A stretch of DNA of 64,000 nucleotides from an uncultured delta proteobacterium (GTDB lineage Bacteria; Desulfobacterota; Binatia; UBA9968): contig CAVUZH010000003.1 in the NCBI GenBank assembly GCA_963745835.1, positions 1,385,185-1,449,184 of the forward strand. Direction: 5' to 3'. The notes under the pieces are model-generated. The model worked only from the letters and a program-made list of their open reading frames with translations, made no database searches and was not told the origin of the DNA. Positions 30,582 to 41,931 of this stretch are shown in pieces. Numbering within the stretch: the first letter of the stretch is position 1; each line of letters starts with the position of its first letter. The position numbers and the translations under genes are program-made.

Positions 30582-31637
30582 TCACTTGATCACATTGTCC
30601 GCCCGTGCCAGCACGTTCGGCGGAATCGTCAAGGCCGATTTGCTTCGCGGTATTGAGATTGATCACAAGCTGAAATTTCGTCGGTTGCTCGACGGGAATG
30701 TTAGCAGGGTTTGAGCCTTTGAGAATCTTGTCGACCATGAACGCTAAACGTCCGTAGGGTTCAGCCCGCTGAGGTCCGTACGACATCAAGCCACCACTCC
30801 TTCGACGTAATCTTCCCGGGGATAAACAGCTGGTAAGCGATTTTTTGCCGCGAGGTCCACAATCTGCTTTCGATTAGAAGAGGCCAACGGACTCGACGCC
30901 ATGATCAGAGCAGCGCTACGCACCTTCATTGCTTCCTTGAAGGCACTCTCGTATTTCTCCGCGCTGCTTACCTCCATGGAATGAAGTTGCAGCCCCAGTT
31001 CTCGTGCCGCAAGTTGGCTTTCTCTCCATAGCTGCACATTGCCCTCATTCTTTGGATCCCACAGCACCGCAACACGGGAAAGCTTGGGAATCATTTCCTT
31101 CAGTAACTCGAGTCGTTTGCCAGCCAATATCGGCGCAATGGTAGTGAACCCGGTCATGTTCCCGCCGGGCCGAGCTAGACTGTCAACTAACCCTAGCGCA
31201 ACAGGGTCGCCTGAGCTTAAAAAAACAATCGGGATGGTTCTGGTAGCATTCTTGGCAGCGATAGCAGCAGCAGTCGCAGACGTAACAAGTACATCCACTT
31301 TTAAGCGGAGGAGTTCATCAGCCACGGCTGACAGACGCTCCAATTTGTTCTCAACTGATCTATACTCAAAGACTAGGTTTTTGCCCTCAATATAGCCGAG
31401 TTCAGCGAGACCGCGCCGGAACAACTCACGGCCGGAGCCTGGACTCTCGGCTGAACGTGAACCGAGCCAGCCGATCTTGGCTACTTTCTGCTGCTGGGCG
31501 TTAGCTGGGAAGCAAAACGAAAAGAGCAAAACGAACAGCGTTAGACAAAAACTTGTCTTTCTCTTTATTCTTCCAATCCAAAATCTAAAGCATGTCCTGA
31601 GCCATGCCGAAGGATCTAAAATCCGAAGTGAGATCAT
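30582..31637 (-). pseudogene. ABC_sub_bind-type protein, frameshifted at ~30790 and near end
   Basis: Split ORFs 30786-31637 and 30520-30789. Confidence 0.8.
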
Positions 31638-32662
31638 TTGATCACCCTATCCGCTCTTGCCAGTACGCTCGGCGGAATCTTGATTCCGATCTGCTTGGCC
31701 GTGTTTAGATTGATCACCAGCTCAAACTTAGTCGGCTGTTCAATGGGAATATCAGCGGGTTTTGCTCCTTTGAGGATCTTGTCAACAATAATTGCGCCGC
31801 GTCTGTAGGGCTCAGCCTGGTCGGCTCCGTAGGACATTAAGCCGCCGTTGGCGACATAATCGCCGCGCGGGAATATCGCCGGGAGCCGACTCTTCATTGC
31901 CAGGGCAACGACCCGCTTTTGATTCGTCGAAGAGATTAGTGGGTTCTGCGTTACAGCAATAGCGGCGCTTCCCGCCTTGATTGCTTCTTTAAACGCACTT
32001 TCGAATTTATCTGCACTGGTGACCTCCATCGAATGGAGTTGCAGACCAAGTTCTCGAGCCGCCAGTTGGCTCTCCTTCCACGATTCACCAGACATTTTTG
32101 GATTCCACATCACCGCAACACGGGCGAGCGTGGGAATGGTTTCCTTAAGTAGCTCAAGCCGTTTCCCGCTCAACTCCGTCGCAATGGTGGTGATTCCCGT
32201 GATGTTGCCCCCGGGCCGCGCCAGGCTTTCGACCAGTCCTGATGCAGCAGGATCACTTTGGGCAAAAAACACGATAGGGATCGTTTTGGTGGCGTTTTTA
32301 GCGGCGAGCGTTTCATCGGGCGACGTAGTGAGAAATACGTCAACTTTAAGACGGACCAACTCCTCAGCTAACGCAGAAAAGCGATCAAGATTACCCTCCG
32401 CAGAACGAGTCTCGTATATGACGTTCTTTCCCTCGATGTAGCCGAGCTCACGGAGCGATTGCCGAAACAACTTGCGTCCGGTGCCCAAAGTGGTATCGCC
32501 CTGCAAGTGGAATTCGCCAATTTTAGCTATCTTCTCCCGTTGCTGGGCTCCGACAGGACCGCTAAGCGTCAATAGCAGAGCGCCAAGAGCAAAACGAAAA
32601 ACTTGCTTTCTCCTGGTCGCGCTAATCCACAATCTAAAATCGGCAATCGAAAGTCGATTCAC
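31634..32662 (-). CDS. ABC_sub_bind-type substrate-binding protein
   Basis: Family motifs, intact ORF. Confidence 0.9.
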   Translation of the reverse strand: MNRLSIADFRLWISATRRKQVFRFALGALLLTLSGPVGAQQREKIAKIGEFHLQGDTTLGTGRKLFRQSLRELGYIEGKNVIYETRSAEGNLDRFSALAEELVRLKVDVFLTTSPDETLAAKNATKTIPIVFFAQSDPAASGLVESLARPGGNITGITTIATELSGKRLELLKETIPTLARVAVMWNPKMSGESWKESQLAARELGLQLHSMEVTSADKFESAFKEAIKAGSAAIAVTQNPLISSTNQKRVVALAMKSRLPAIFPRGDYVANGGLMSYGADQAEPYRRGAIIVDKILKGAKPADIPIEQPTKFELVINLNTAKQIGIKIPPSVLARADRVIK

Positions 32663-33715
32663 TTGATCACTCGATCCGCTCTGGCCAGCACGTTGGGTGG
32701 AATCGTGAGGCCGATCTGCTTGGCGGTTTTAAGATTGACCGCTAGTTCGAACTTAGTCGGTTGCTCCACCGGCAGCTCGGCAGGCTTCGTGCCTTTCAAG
32801 ATCTTGTCGACGTACCAGGCGGCTCGCCTGTAACTGTTCAAGTCATTGGCTGCATAGGAGATGAGTCCACCGGCCTCTGTGTAGTCGATTCTCTCGCCGA
32901 TGGAAGGCAGCCGTTGCTTTATGGCCAAGATCGCGATCTGCTTTTGATAAGGACTGATCACGATGTGCGTTACCGTGATGAGAGCCTTAATGCCATCCTT
33001 TGCCGCAATGCGAAATGCGCCCTCCAAATCCGGCTTTGAACCTCGGACGGCAAGAGATTCAATCGTTATTTTCATAGCCCGCGCGGCCGCCTCATACCGT
33101 TTGAAAGCATTGCCGAAACCAGCTCCCGACCCATCCGCGTTCCAAATGAGTCCAACGCGCGATATTGACGGAACCATTTCGGTAAGCAACTCCAGTCTTT
33201 TCTCACTTAGGTCCGGATGAGGTTGGTGAGCCCGGTAATATTTCCACCTGGCCGGGCGAGACTATCGACATAGCCCGCTCCACCGGGTCCTGGTTTGTCA
33301 CCATGCCACAATAGGGATCGTCTTGGTTTGTTGTTTCGCTGCGCGGATCGCTGGCGGCGCTCCAGTCGATGAGCACATTGCATTTAGATCGCACGAGTTC
33401 GGCCACGAGGTCAGGGATAGCGATCGCTTACTTCGCCTCAGTACCGATACTCAAGCCGAATGTTCTTTCCTTCGATATAACCGAGATCACGTAGCCCTTG
33501 CCGGAATCGTTCGAGCTGAGTACCTCCTGAGGACCATTGATCGCGACCCGATAATCAACTATCGGAGGAATCTTCTTCGGCTGCTGCGGGCGACTGGAAG
33601 AGCGCAGGCAAAAGGACAGCAAGCAGTAAGCAGAAACAATCCACGATGATGAAATCCTCTTGTGCTCGTTTCGCTTCTCTAATTACTCGAACTGAAGAAT
33701 CCGGTACAATCTCAC
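32659..33715 (-). pseudogene. ABC_sub_bind-type protein, 5' half heavily frameshifted
   Basis: Intact C-half 32659-33189; fragments of QQPKKIP, MVTNQDPV in several frames upstream. Confidence 0.78.
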
Positions 33716-34662
33716 TTGATCACCCTATCCGCCCGCGCGAGCACCTGCGGCGGAATCGTCACGCCAATCTGTTTCGCTGTCTTAAGGTTGATTGCCAGTT
33801 CAAACTTCGTGGGTTGCTCGACCGGGAGTTCGGCGGGTTTCGCGCCTTTCAGGATTCTATCAACGTAAGTGGCGGCGCGTTGGAACATATCACGATTATT
33901 CACCCCGTAGGAGATAAGACCGCCTGCGTCTACGTAGTCCGCCAACGGATATATTGCCGGCAAACGGTTCTTTGCCGCGAGTGCGACGACTTGTTGCCGA
34001 TTTGCAAACAATGTTGGTTGACCCGGAAAGACGATGAAAGCGTCGGAGCGCTCTTTGATCATGCTTTTGAAAACACCTGCTAAATCGGAGGAACTTCCCA
34101 CATTGAAAGATTGAGTCCTTAGTTGCAGAGAGCGAGCGGCCAACTCCGTATCTTTTAGATCGATGGTGTTTCCTCGGACATTTGGACTCGTGAGCAGCGC
34201 CACTTGCGATAGCTTCGGAATCGTTTCTTTGAAAATCTCCAGCCGTTTTCCATTGAGTTCTGGAGAATAAGCGCTCAACCCTGTTATGTTTCCCCCTGGT
34301 CGCGCCAGACTGGCGACGAAACCCACACCAACGGGATCAGATCCGATCGGCATGACGATCGGAATCGTCTGGGTCGCGTGCTTGAGAGCGTCGATCGCGG
34401 GGTTGGGAATAGCGACAATGACATCAACTTTGAGACGAACCAATTCGGCAGCCAGGATAGGAAGCCGTTCGGCCTGTGCTTCAGCGTAGCGGAGTTCTAA
34501 CAGGACGTTCTGTCCGTCCACATAGCCGTGGTCTCGCAGACCCTGCTTAAACGCATTGATAAGGTGCGGTAGTGAGTCAGGGAAGCCAGTCGTAAGAAGC
34601 CCTATACGATGCAGCTTTTTTTGCTGCTGCGCCTCGGCGGGCAACGAAAGTGCAAACAACAT
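33712..34662 (-). CDS. ABC_sub_bind-type substrate-binding protein
   Basis: Family motifs; coupled ATG at 34747 is out of frame across the heptamer tract. Confidence 0.88.
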   Translation of the reverse strand: MLFALSLPAEAQQQKKLHRIGLLTTGFPDSLPHLINAFKQGLRDHGYVDGQNVLLELRYAEAQAERLPILAAELVRLKVDVIVAIPNPAIDALKHATQTIPIVMPIGSDPVGVGFVASLARPGGNITGLSAYSPELNGKRLEIFKETIPKLSQVALLTSPNVRGNTIDLKDTELAARSLQLRTQSFNVGSSSDLAGVFKSMIKERSDAFIVFPGQPTLFANRQQVVALAAKNRLPAIYPLADYVDAGGLISYGVNNRDMFQRAATYVDRILKGAKPAELPVEQPTKFELAINLKTAKQIGVTIPPQVLARADRVIK

Positions 34663-34743
34663 GGCGGAAAGAGCAAAACGAAAACTCGCTTTCTGCTCTT
34701 AGTTCTCCTAATCCAAATCCAAAATCGAAAATCCAAAATGGGA

Positions 34744-35751
34744 TCATTTGATCACTCTGTCCGCCCGCGCGAGCACATTCGGCGGAATCATCAGCCCGAT
34801 CTGCTTGGCGGTTTTCAAATTAATCACCAGTTCAAACTCCGTGGGCTGCTCGACCGGTAAGTCTGCCGGCTTGGCGCCTTTAAGAATTTTATCAACGTAA
34901 ACAGCGACCTTTTGGAACCGCCCCTCGGTCTGCGCGCCGTACATCATAAGGCCGCCAAGATCCATAAACGTTCGTTCTAGATAAATCGCAGGTAAACGAT
35001 TCTTTGCGGCTAGATCGACGAGCTGCTTACGACGAGGGAGAGGAGCAACTGATGGGATGCGTGCGATAAGGGCATGAACCCGTTCTTTGGCGGCGAGTTG
35101 AAAAACGGATTCAATATCCTCGTCTCTGCGAACGGGAGAACGGATCAACTGAACTTTCAAGGAGCGGGCGGGCTTCTCTGTTTCCTTCATAAACAAGTCT
35201 TCCGATGGAGTTCCGGGCGCTGGTCCGGGTACAATCACACGCGAGAGCCCGGGAACTATTTCCTTTAGTAGCTCCAAAAGTTTTCCTCCCAAATCTCCGC
35301 TAACGCTCGTTAGCCCCGTTACATTCCCGTCTGGACGCGCAAGACTGGCGACGAGCCCTGTTCTTACCGGGTCGGTGCTGCTCGTCATAACGATCGGGAT
35401 TACGGTCGTTGCCTTTTTCGCAGCCAGGGCCGGAGCCGTTCCATCGGCGACGATGACATCTACGTTCAATCGGACCAGATCGGCTGTGAGATCGGTGTAC
35501 CGCTCGGGTTTGCCTTCTGTACTCCGAAATTCGAGCGTGACGTTTTTCCCTTCGAAATATCCTAGCTCGTGCAAAGCTTGTAAGAACGCTGGAGAAACAG
35601 ACGACGCTCCTCCAGCAAGGTAACCGATGCGATAAAGCTTCCCCGGCTGCTGCCCTTCGATAGACCCGCAGAAGGCAAAGAGCATAGCGCAAAGGGTAAA
35701 GCAGAAGACGCTCTTGCGGACCGTTAAAGACAGACTACTAACCACGTTCAT
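34744..35751 (-). CDS. ABC_sub_bind-type substrate-binding protein
   Basis: Start moved to ATG 35751 (MNVVSSL), overlapping upstream TGA. Confidence 0.88.
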   Translation of the reverse strand: MNVVSSLSLTVRKSVFCFTLCAMLFAFCGSIEGQQPGKLYRIGYLAGGASSVSPAFLQALHELGYFEGKNVTLEFRSTEGKPERYTDLTADLVRLNVDVIVADGTAPALAAKKATTVIPIVMTSSTDPVRTGLVASLARPDGNVTGLTSVSGDLGGKLLELLKEIVPGLSRVIVPGPAPGTPSEDLFMKETEKPARSLKVQLIRSPVRRDEDIESVFQLAAKERVHALIARIPSVAPLPRRKQLVDLAAKNRLPAIYLERTFMDLGGLMMYGAQTEGRFQKVAVYVDKILKGAKPADLPVEQPTEFELVINLKTAKQIGLMIPPNVLARADRVIK

Positions 35752-36844
35752 CGAATTACCTTGTCGGCCCGCGCCAGCATACTTGGCGGAATTGTCACCC
35801 CAATTTGGTTGGCCGTCATCAGATTGATTGCCAACTCGAATTTGGCGGCTTGCTCGACGGGAAAATCGGCTGGCTTGGCGCCTCTTAGGATTTATCGACG
35901 TAGAGTGCCGCGCGTTTGTAACTCTCGGCATCATTGGATGAATACGCAATCAGGCCGCCGGGTTCTATCCATAAGCCCGAGTCATACATCGACGGCAGTT
36001 TATATTTGATAGCATAGTTCACGATTTGCTTTCGGTGACGATTCAGAAGGGAATTACCTATTGTGATCAGAGCTTTCGCTCGTGTTTGGGCAGCAGATTC
36101 AAATGCGGCATCCAGATTAGGGTCAGGGCCTCGCACCTCTAGAGACTGCAATTGAATTCTTAACGCCTGAGCCGCAGCCTGGTACTCCCGAAAACTTATT
36201 TTTGGTCCCTCCGCGCTTGAATCCCAAAGGATGGCGACGCGCGCAATCCCGGGAATTAGCTCTGTTAGTAACTCCAGCCGTTTCCCTCCTAACTCCCGGG
36301 TGAGGCGGCTAACCCCAGTGACATTCCCCCCCGGGCGAGCCAAGCTATCGACAATCCCCGTCGCGACTGGATCCTGATTGATGACCATGACGATGGGAAT
36401 TGTCTTGGTCGCCTGCTTGGCGCTGCGGATCGCGGGGTCGTCGCCAGAGATAAGCACATCGACTTTGAGTTGCACGAGTTCCGCCACGAGGTTTGGAATC
36501 CGGTCGCGCTTGCCCTCGGCATAGCGAAACTCGATCAGAATATTTTTACCCTCAACGTAACCTAGATCTTCTAGGCCTTGGCGAAACGCCTCGACATTAG
36601 GGCCCGGAGGAGAAGGAACGCCAACCACTCTCAGATAGCCTATCCGTGGAACTTTCGTTGGCTGCTGCGCCTGAGCCACAGCCCCACAAAGGTTAGATGC
36701 GAAAACGACTGCGAAGATCGCCACCCATCTTAGATTTTGGATTTTAGATTTTGGATTGTTGGCAGAAAGAGATTCGGAGCGGATTAGTTTCGTAACGTCT
36801 TTTCTGCGCATTCCAAAATCCAAAATCGTAAATCCAAAATTCAC
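35748..36844 (-). pseudogene. ABC_sub_bind-type protein, frameshifted at ~35890
   Basis: ORF 35885-36844; [11 protein letters not shown]...ADKVIR continues in another frame. Confidence 0.8.
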
Positions 36845-37870
36845 TTGATCACCTTGTCCGCTCGTGCCAGCAAGTTCGGCGGAATCGTAAGGCTGATCTG
36901 CTTGGCGGCTTTGAGATTGACCACTAGTTCAACGTCGCCGGCTGCTCTACTGGTAGATCAGCCGGCTTCGCTCCTTTGAGGATTTTGTCGACATAGGTTG
37001 CAGCGCGGCGTTGTAAATCGGCAAGACTAACCCCATAGCTCATCAGCCCGCCTGCATTCACAAAATTTTCCCTGACATAGACCACTGGCAGCCGGCTTTT
37101 TGCTGTGCTGCAAGTTCTTTTGGCTTGACGTTGAATATCGGACCTCCTAACACAAGAACTGCCTCCGCCCGCTCCGCGCGCGCTTCTCGAAACGCTGCCT
37201 CAATATCTTTCACACCATGCACGTCCAGATATTGAATCTGCAGTTTGAGTGCGCCGGCAGCGAGTTGTGTCTCCTTGAGTCCTTCGGCGTTGCCGGGGTT
37301 GTTCGATGAGCCGAGGACCGCTACTCGGGAGAGCCCGGGGACGATTTCTTTCAAAAGTTCCAGCCGCTTTCCGCTTATTTCTGGTCGTAGCGTCGATAAG
37401 CCGGTAATGTTTCCGCCCGGCCGTGCTAGGCTGGCGATAAACCCGCTTCTGACAGGATCGTTATCCTGGAGCATGACAATCGGGATGGTGCTGGTGGCCT
37501 CCTTGGCAGCACGAGTCGCCGTAGAGCCGGCCGTAAGAATAACGTCAACTTTTAGCCGGACCAGCTCATCAGCGAAGGTAGCTAAACGATCTAAGTTTCC
37601 GCCCGCCTGTCGCCACTCGATGACGATGTTCTTTCCTTCCACATAGTCTAATTCGGCCAAACCTTCTTTGACCGCCGCAGGTCTGCCGCTTTCTCCCGGC
37701 CCGGTACTTGCCGCGAGAAAGCCCACTTTAGGGATTCTTGCGGATTGCTGAGCCTGCGCGATCGTGCAAACACCAAAGAGCAGAAGTGCAAAACAGCAAA
37801 GCGCGAAGAGCATAAAACGACGCAGAGTGTTCTTGCCGACTTTTGATCTCTGACATTGGATCTGTGTCAC
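36841..37870 (-). pseudogene. ABC_sub_bind-type protein, frameshifted at ~37100 and ~36930
   Basis: ORF 37058-37870; remaining C-terminal motifs in other frames; close paralog of 24509-25561. Confidence 0.8.
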
Positions 37871-38862
37871 CTGATCACCCTGTCGGCTCTTGCCAGTACG
37901 TTCGGTGGAATTATCACGCCAATCTGTTTTGCTGTTTTCAGATTGATCACTAGCTCGAACTTCGTCGGCTGCTCCACCGGTAGCTCGGCAGGCTTTGCGC
38001 CTTTGAGAATTTTATCTACGAAAACTGCAGCACGGGCAGCAAGGACTCGATCGTCCGGCGAATAGGAGATTAGGCTGCCTTCCTCTACATACAGATTGGT
38101 CTCGCCCATTGAAGGGAGCTTGTTCTTGATGGCCAGTTCGGCAATTCGCTTTGTGTAAGGATCGAGCACGATATTCGAAAGAGAGATGAGCGCATCAACA
38201 CGCTCCTTGGTCGCAGCCCGAAACGCGCCGTCGAGATCCGGGATGGGTCCTCGTACCGGCAAGGATGCAAGCTTTATCTTCAAAGACGGGGCTGCAGCCT
38301 CGTACCGCTTAAAACCCACAGCGAACCCAGCATCCGACCCGTCCGCATTCCAGAGAAGGCCCACGCGCGACACCGCCGAAATCACTTCTTTGAGCAGTTC
38401 TAAACGTTTTTCGCTCAAGTCTCGGGTCATTCTCGTCAATCCAGTGATATTCCCACCGGGTCGCGCAAGACTATCCACATATCCCGCGGCAACAGGATCC
38501 TGAGTTGTCACCATCACAATGGGAACTGTCTTCGTGGCCTGCTTGAGCGCTCGCATGACTGGGGGAGTTCCAGAGATTATTACATCGACCTTTAGCTGTA
38601 TTAGCTCAGACACAACACTCGGAATCCGCGCGCGGTCGCCATGAAGATAGCGGTACTCGACGAGAATGTTTTTCCCCTCGGTGTATCCAAGATCGTGCAG
38701 GCTCTGCCGAAATGCCTCAATGCGAGAGCCGGGATTCTTCGGATCACCGATAGACACATACCCTAACAGCGGAACTCTCTGCGGCTGTTGTGCCGCGGCG
38801 GAAAACGTGAGCGACAACAGCACTGCAGCCAAGCCGAACTGAATGACTCTGCTCGGTCTCAC
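37867..38862 (-). CDS. ABC_sub_bind-type substrate-binding protein
   Basis: Family motifs, intact ORF. Confidence 0.9.
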   Translation of the reverse strand: MRPSRVIQFGLAAVLLSLTFSAAAQQPQRVPLLGYVSIGDPKNPGSRIEAFRQSLHDLGYTEGKNILVEYRYLHGDRARIPSVVSELIQLKVDVIISGTPPVMRALKQATKTVPIVMVTTQDPVAAGYVDSLARPGGNITGLTRMTRDLSEKRLELLKEVISAVSRVGLLWNADGSDAGFAVGFKRYEAAAPSLKIKLASLPVRGPIPDLDGAFRAATKERVDALISLSNIVLDPYTKRIAELAIKNKLPSMGETNLYVEEGSLISYSPDDRVLAARAAVFVDKILKGAKPAELPVEQPTKFELVINLKTAKQIGVIIPPNVLARADRVIR

Positions 38863-39825
38863 TTGATTACCCGATCGGCTCTGGCTAATACATGTGGTGG
38901 GATCGTCAGGCCGATCTGTTTCGCAGTCTTCAGATTGATCGCCAACTCGAACTTACTCGCCTGCTCGACCGGCAGGTCGGCCGGGTTTGCGCCTTTCAGA
39001 ATCTTATCGACATAAAACGCAGCGCGCCGGTAAATTTCGTCTCGATGAGCATCATAGGATGCGAGGCCGCCATCTTCGACAACTGTCACGCTCTCCGACA
39101 TCAACGGCAGTCGATGTTGTAGCGCAAGATCGGCGATTTGCTTTCGGTGAACTGAGAGCGAAGGAACACTAGTTGTGATGATTGCGCTGACCCGCTCCTT
39201 TACGGCAACTTGGAAAAGCTTAGGCAAGTCGGCAGTTGGCGCTTGCACTTCGAGGATTTGAAGCGGCACCTTGAGACTCCGCGCCGCATCCTCATAATCT
39301 TTAAATGCCCCAAAGCCCGAAAGAATTCCGACCCGCGAGAGCCGCGGAATCATCGCGGTCAGTAGTTCCAGCCGTTTGCCGCTCAGGTCTCGGGTAGCTG
39401 ACGTAAACCCGGTGATATTTCCTCCCGGATGCGCCAGACTATTAACCAGACCAGATGCTACCGGATCCGGAGTAATCGCCATGACAATGGGAATCGTTTT
39501 GGTCGCCTGCTTGGCTTCGCGGATGACGATCGCCTGTGTGGAGAAAATGAATATCGACCTTGAGGCGCACGAGTTCGGCGACAATTCCCGGGACGCGAGA
39601 CCTATCTCCCTCGTTGTTGCGATATTCAAACAAAATATTTTTCCCCTCAAAGTAACCGAGCTCTTGCAGCTCTTGCCGGAATATTTTGATTCTCGAACTA
39701 GGGTCGGTGGCAATGCCTGTGACGATTCCTATGCGCGGGATTTTCGTAACCTGCTGCGCCTGAACTGTGGAGCACGTGGCAAAAAACAGAGAGCATAGAG
39801 TAAGCGAAATAGTTTTTTTAGTCAT
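38859..39825 (-). pseudogene. ABC_sub_bind-type protein, single frameshift at ~39550
   Basis: Split ORFs 39442-39825 and 38859-39713 join at LKVDI/IFSTQ. Confidence 0.82.
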
Positions 39826-39872
39826 ACTCGGCTTCCTGTTTCCGATCTCGGACGTCTGACTTCTGGTCCCTG

Positions 39873-40913
39873 TTATCTAATCACCCTATCCGCCCTTGCC
39901 AGGATATGCGGCGAAATGGTAGCGCCGATCTGTTTTGCAGTCTTTAAATTGATCACCATTTCGAATTTGGTTGGCTGCTCGACCGGAATGTCGGCTGGTT
40001 TGGAGCCTTTCAAGATCCTGGCCAGGTAGCGCGCGCCATCAAAACCTTCAATGCTGTAGCCCGGTCCATAAGCCATGAGATTGCCGTTATCAGCGTAATC
40101 TGCTCGCGCACATATCGATACCCAGCGGTAACGCATCGCCAGATCGGCGATCCTCTTCTGATTCGAGTTGGCTAACGGGTTTAACGTCACGGCAAGAGCG
40201 CCGCTGTGCGCCTTGGCTGCTTCTTTGAACGCCTCCTCATACTTATCGGCGCTGCTTACCTGCATTGAATGTAGCTGCAGGCCAAGCTCTCGTGCCGGCA
40301 CTTGGCTGTCTTGCCACTGCGGCGCGGAGCCGGGAGCTTGAGGGTCCCATAGCACGGCAACACGGGAGAGCTTCGGAACGATTTCCTTTAGCAGCTCCAG
40401 TCGTTTGCCTGCTAAAATGGCCGCCATGTTGGTGATCCCCGTGCTATTCCCTCCGGGTCGCGGCAGGCTATCGACCAGTCCCGCGGTAACAGGATCAGTC
40501 ACGCCCATGAAAACGTGCGGAATAGTCTTGCTAACACTGCGAGCGGCTTGAGCGGCATTGGTCGTGACGGTTACAAAAACGTCAGTCTTAAGCCGGACAA
40601 GTTCGGCTGCAAGCTCCGGAAGGCGGTCAAAGTTCCGGTCCTCATGGCGATACTCGATAAAAATGTTCTGCCCCTCGATATAGCCGAAATCCCGTAGCGC
40701 CTGCCGGAATGCCTCTTTGCGCGGGGCATCAGCGGCCGGTGATACCGCGGCCAGATAACCGATGCGCGGAACTTTTTTCGGTTGCTGCGCCTCGGCTTCC
40801 GTCCAGCACAGCACGAATATGACAACTAGGGCGAGCATCCCTGCCAATTTTGGATTTTGGATTGCCGATTTTCGATTGTCGGAAACAGACTCCGAAGGAA
40901 CCGCGTTCATCAC
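39873..40913 (-). CDS. ABC_sub_bind-type substrate-binding protein
   Basis: Family motifs, intact ORF. Confidence 0.9.
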   Translation of the reverse strand: MMNAVPSESVSDNRKSAIQNPKLAGMLALVVIFVLCWTEAEAQQPKKVPRIGYLAAVSPAADAPRKEAFRQALRDFGYIEGQNIFIEYRHEDRNFDRLPELAAELVRLKTDVFVTVTTNAAQAARSVSKTIPHVFMGVTDPVTAGLVDSLPRPGGNSTGITNMAAILAGKRLELLKEIVPKLSRVAVLWDPQAPGSAPQWQDSQVPARELGLQLHSMQVSSADKYEEAFKEAAKAHSGALAVTLNPLANSNQKRIADLAMRYRWVSICARADYADNGNLMAYGPGYSIEGFDGARYLARILKGSKPADIPVEQPTKFEMVINLKTAKQIGATISPHILARADRVIR

Positions 40914-40965
40914 TTTGTTCTCCTGCTTTCAACCCAAAAGTCTAAATTCGAAATCCAGAATCGGA

Positions 40966-41010
40966 TTACTTGATTACTCTATCGGCTCTTGCCAGCAGGT
41001 TGGCTGCAAC
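40966..41010 (-). repeat. Orphan SBP tail ([14 protein letters not shown])
   Basis: 45-nt tail directly downstream of the S1/P1 nuclease, followed by heptamer repeats. Confidence 0.7.
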
Positions 41011-41066
41011 GTCGACGTTTGCTTCGCAATCCTTCGCGCTCCAGCAATAGCTTTGCCGTAGCCACA

Positions 41067-41840
41067 TTACTTGAAAATATTATTCAGCAACCACTCCAGC
41101 CTCATTCCCGCCTGAGCCAGCCGTCGTCTGACTATCATGAGAGCGGTTGCCACGTATTCGTCTGACAATTCCATGGATTCTCCAACGGTATAGGCATCGG
41201 ACCTCGATAAACGAAATGATTCGTCAGTCCACGTTTTCGGCTCGCCAGACTGCCATTCAGAGCGTTGCTTCGGTGTAATGCTCTGGTCCAATTTCTTGGC
41301 TAGTTCCTCGGCGTTGCCTTCTTCCATGTCGACGACGTTGAAATCCCAGAACAGATGGAGGTTCTTCGTCTGTCCTCTATAACTCACGGTAATTTCGGTT
41401 CCACCTCTATCTTCTCGCCTACCTGCATGTAGAGGCTGATGCATATCATTTACTAGATGGGCCACGTACCGGAGAGCAATCAGTCGCACATTGATCGGCA
41501 CCTTAACGTCAGCGATAATCGAGGTAAACCAATTTAAAGCCTCAACCATGCAATTTCTTGCTTTACAGTCTCGTTCTTGATCGTAGCCGGCGGCATCATC
41601 GGGAATGCTGACGTGATGCAGCCGATCGAACTCTGTTATTCGCCTACCTTCCCTGTCAGGCCACACAGCTGCATCGGCCAGTGTCGTGCCATCAGGAAGA
41701 AGCTTCCTCACCTCTTCTCGTGCCTGCTCCGTGAGCTGCGTATCGGCTAAGATAGCTACAATTCGATGGCCCTTGTCGCCCCAGCCGTAGGCTACGTCGC
41801 GCAATGGAAGCATGAACGCGAATGCAGCAGTAGCCGACAA
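41067..41840 (-). CDS. S1/P1 nuclease family protein (probably secreted; start uncertain)
   Basis: WGDKGH, AAVWPD, HLVNDMHQPLH, NLHLFWD, LAQAGMRL motifs. Confidence 0.9.
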   Translation of the reverse strand: MSATAAFAFMLPLRDVAYGWGDKGHRIVAILADTQLTEQAREEVRKLLPDGTTLADAAVWPDREGRRITEFDRLHHVSIPDDAAGYDQERDCKARNCMVEALNWFTSIIADVKVPINVRLIALRYVAHLVNDMHQPLHAGRREDRGGTEITVSYRGQTKNLHLFWDFNVVDMEEGNAEELAKKLDQSITPKQRSEWQSGEPKTWTDESFRLSRSDAYTVGESMELSDEYVATALMIVRRRLAQAGMRLEWLLNNIFK

Positions 41841-41931
41841 GGATCAGCTTGTAGATAAACAGCTCACCTTGGGCGGAGAATCGCCGTACGACTTTCAGTA
41901 GATTTTGCGATTTTTGATTTTGGATGGCAGA

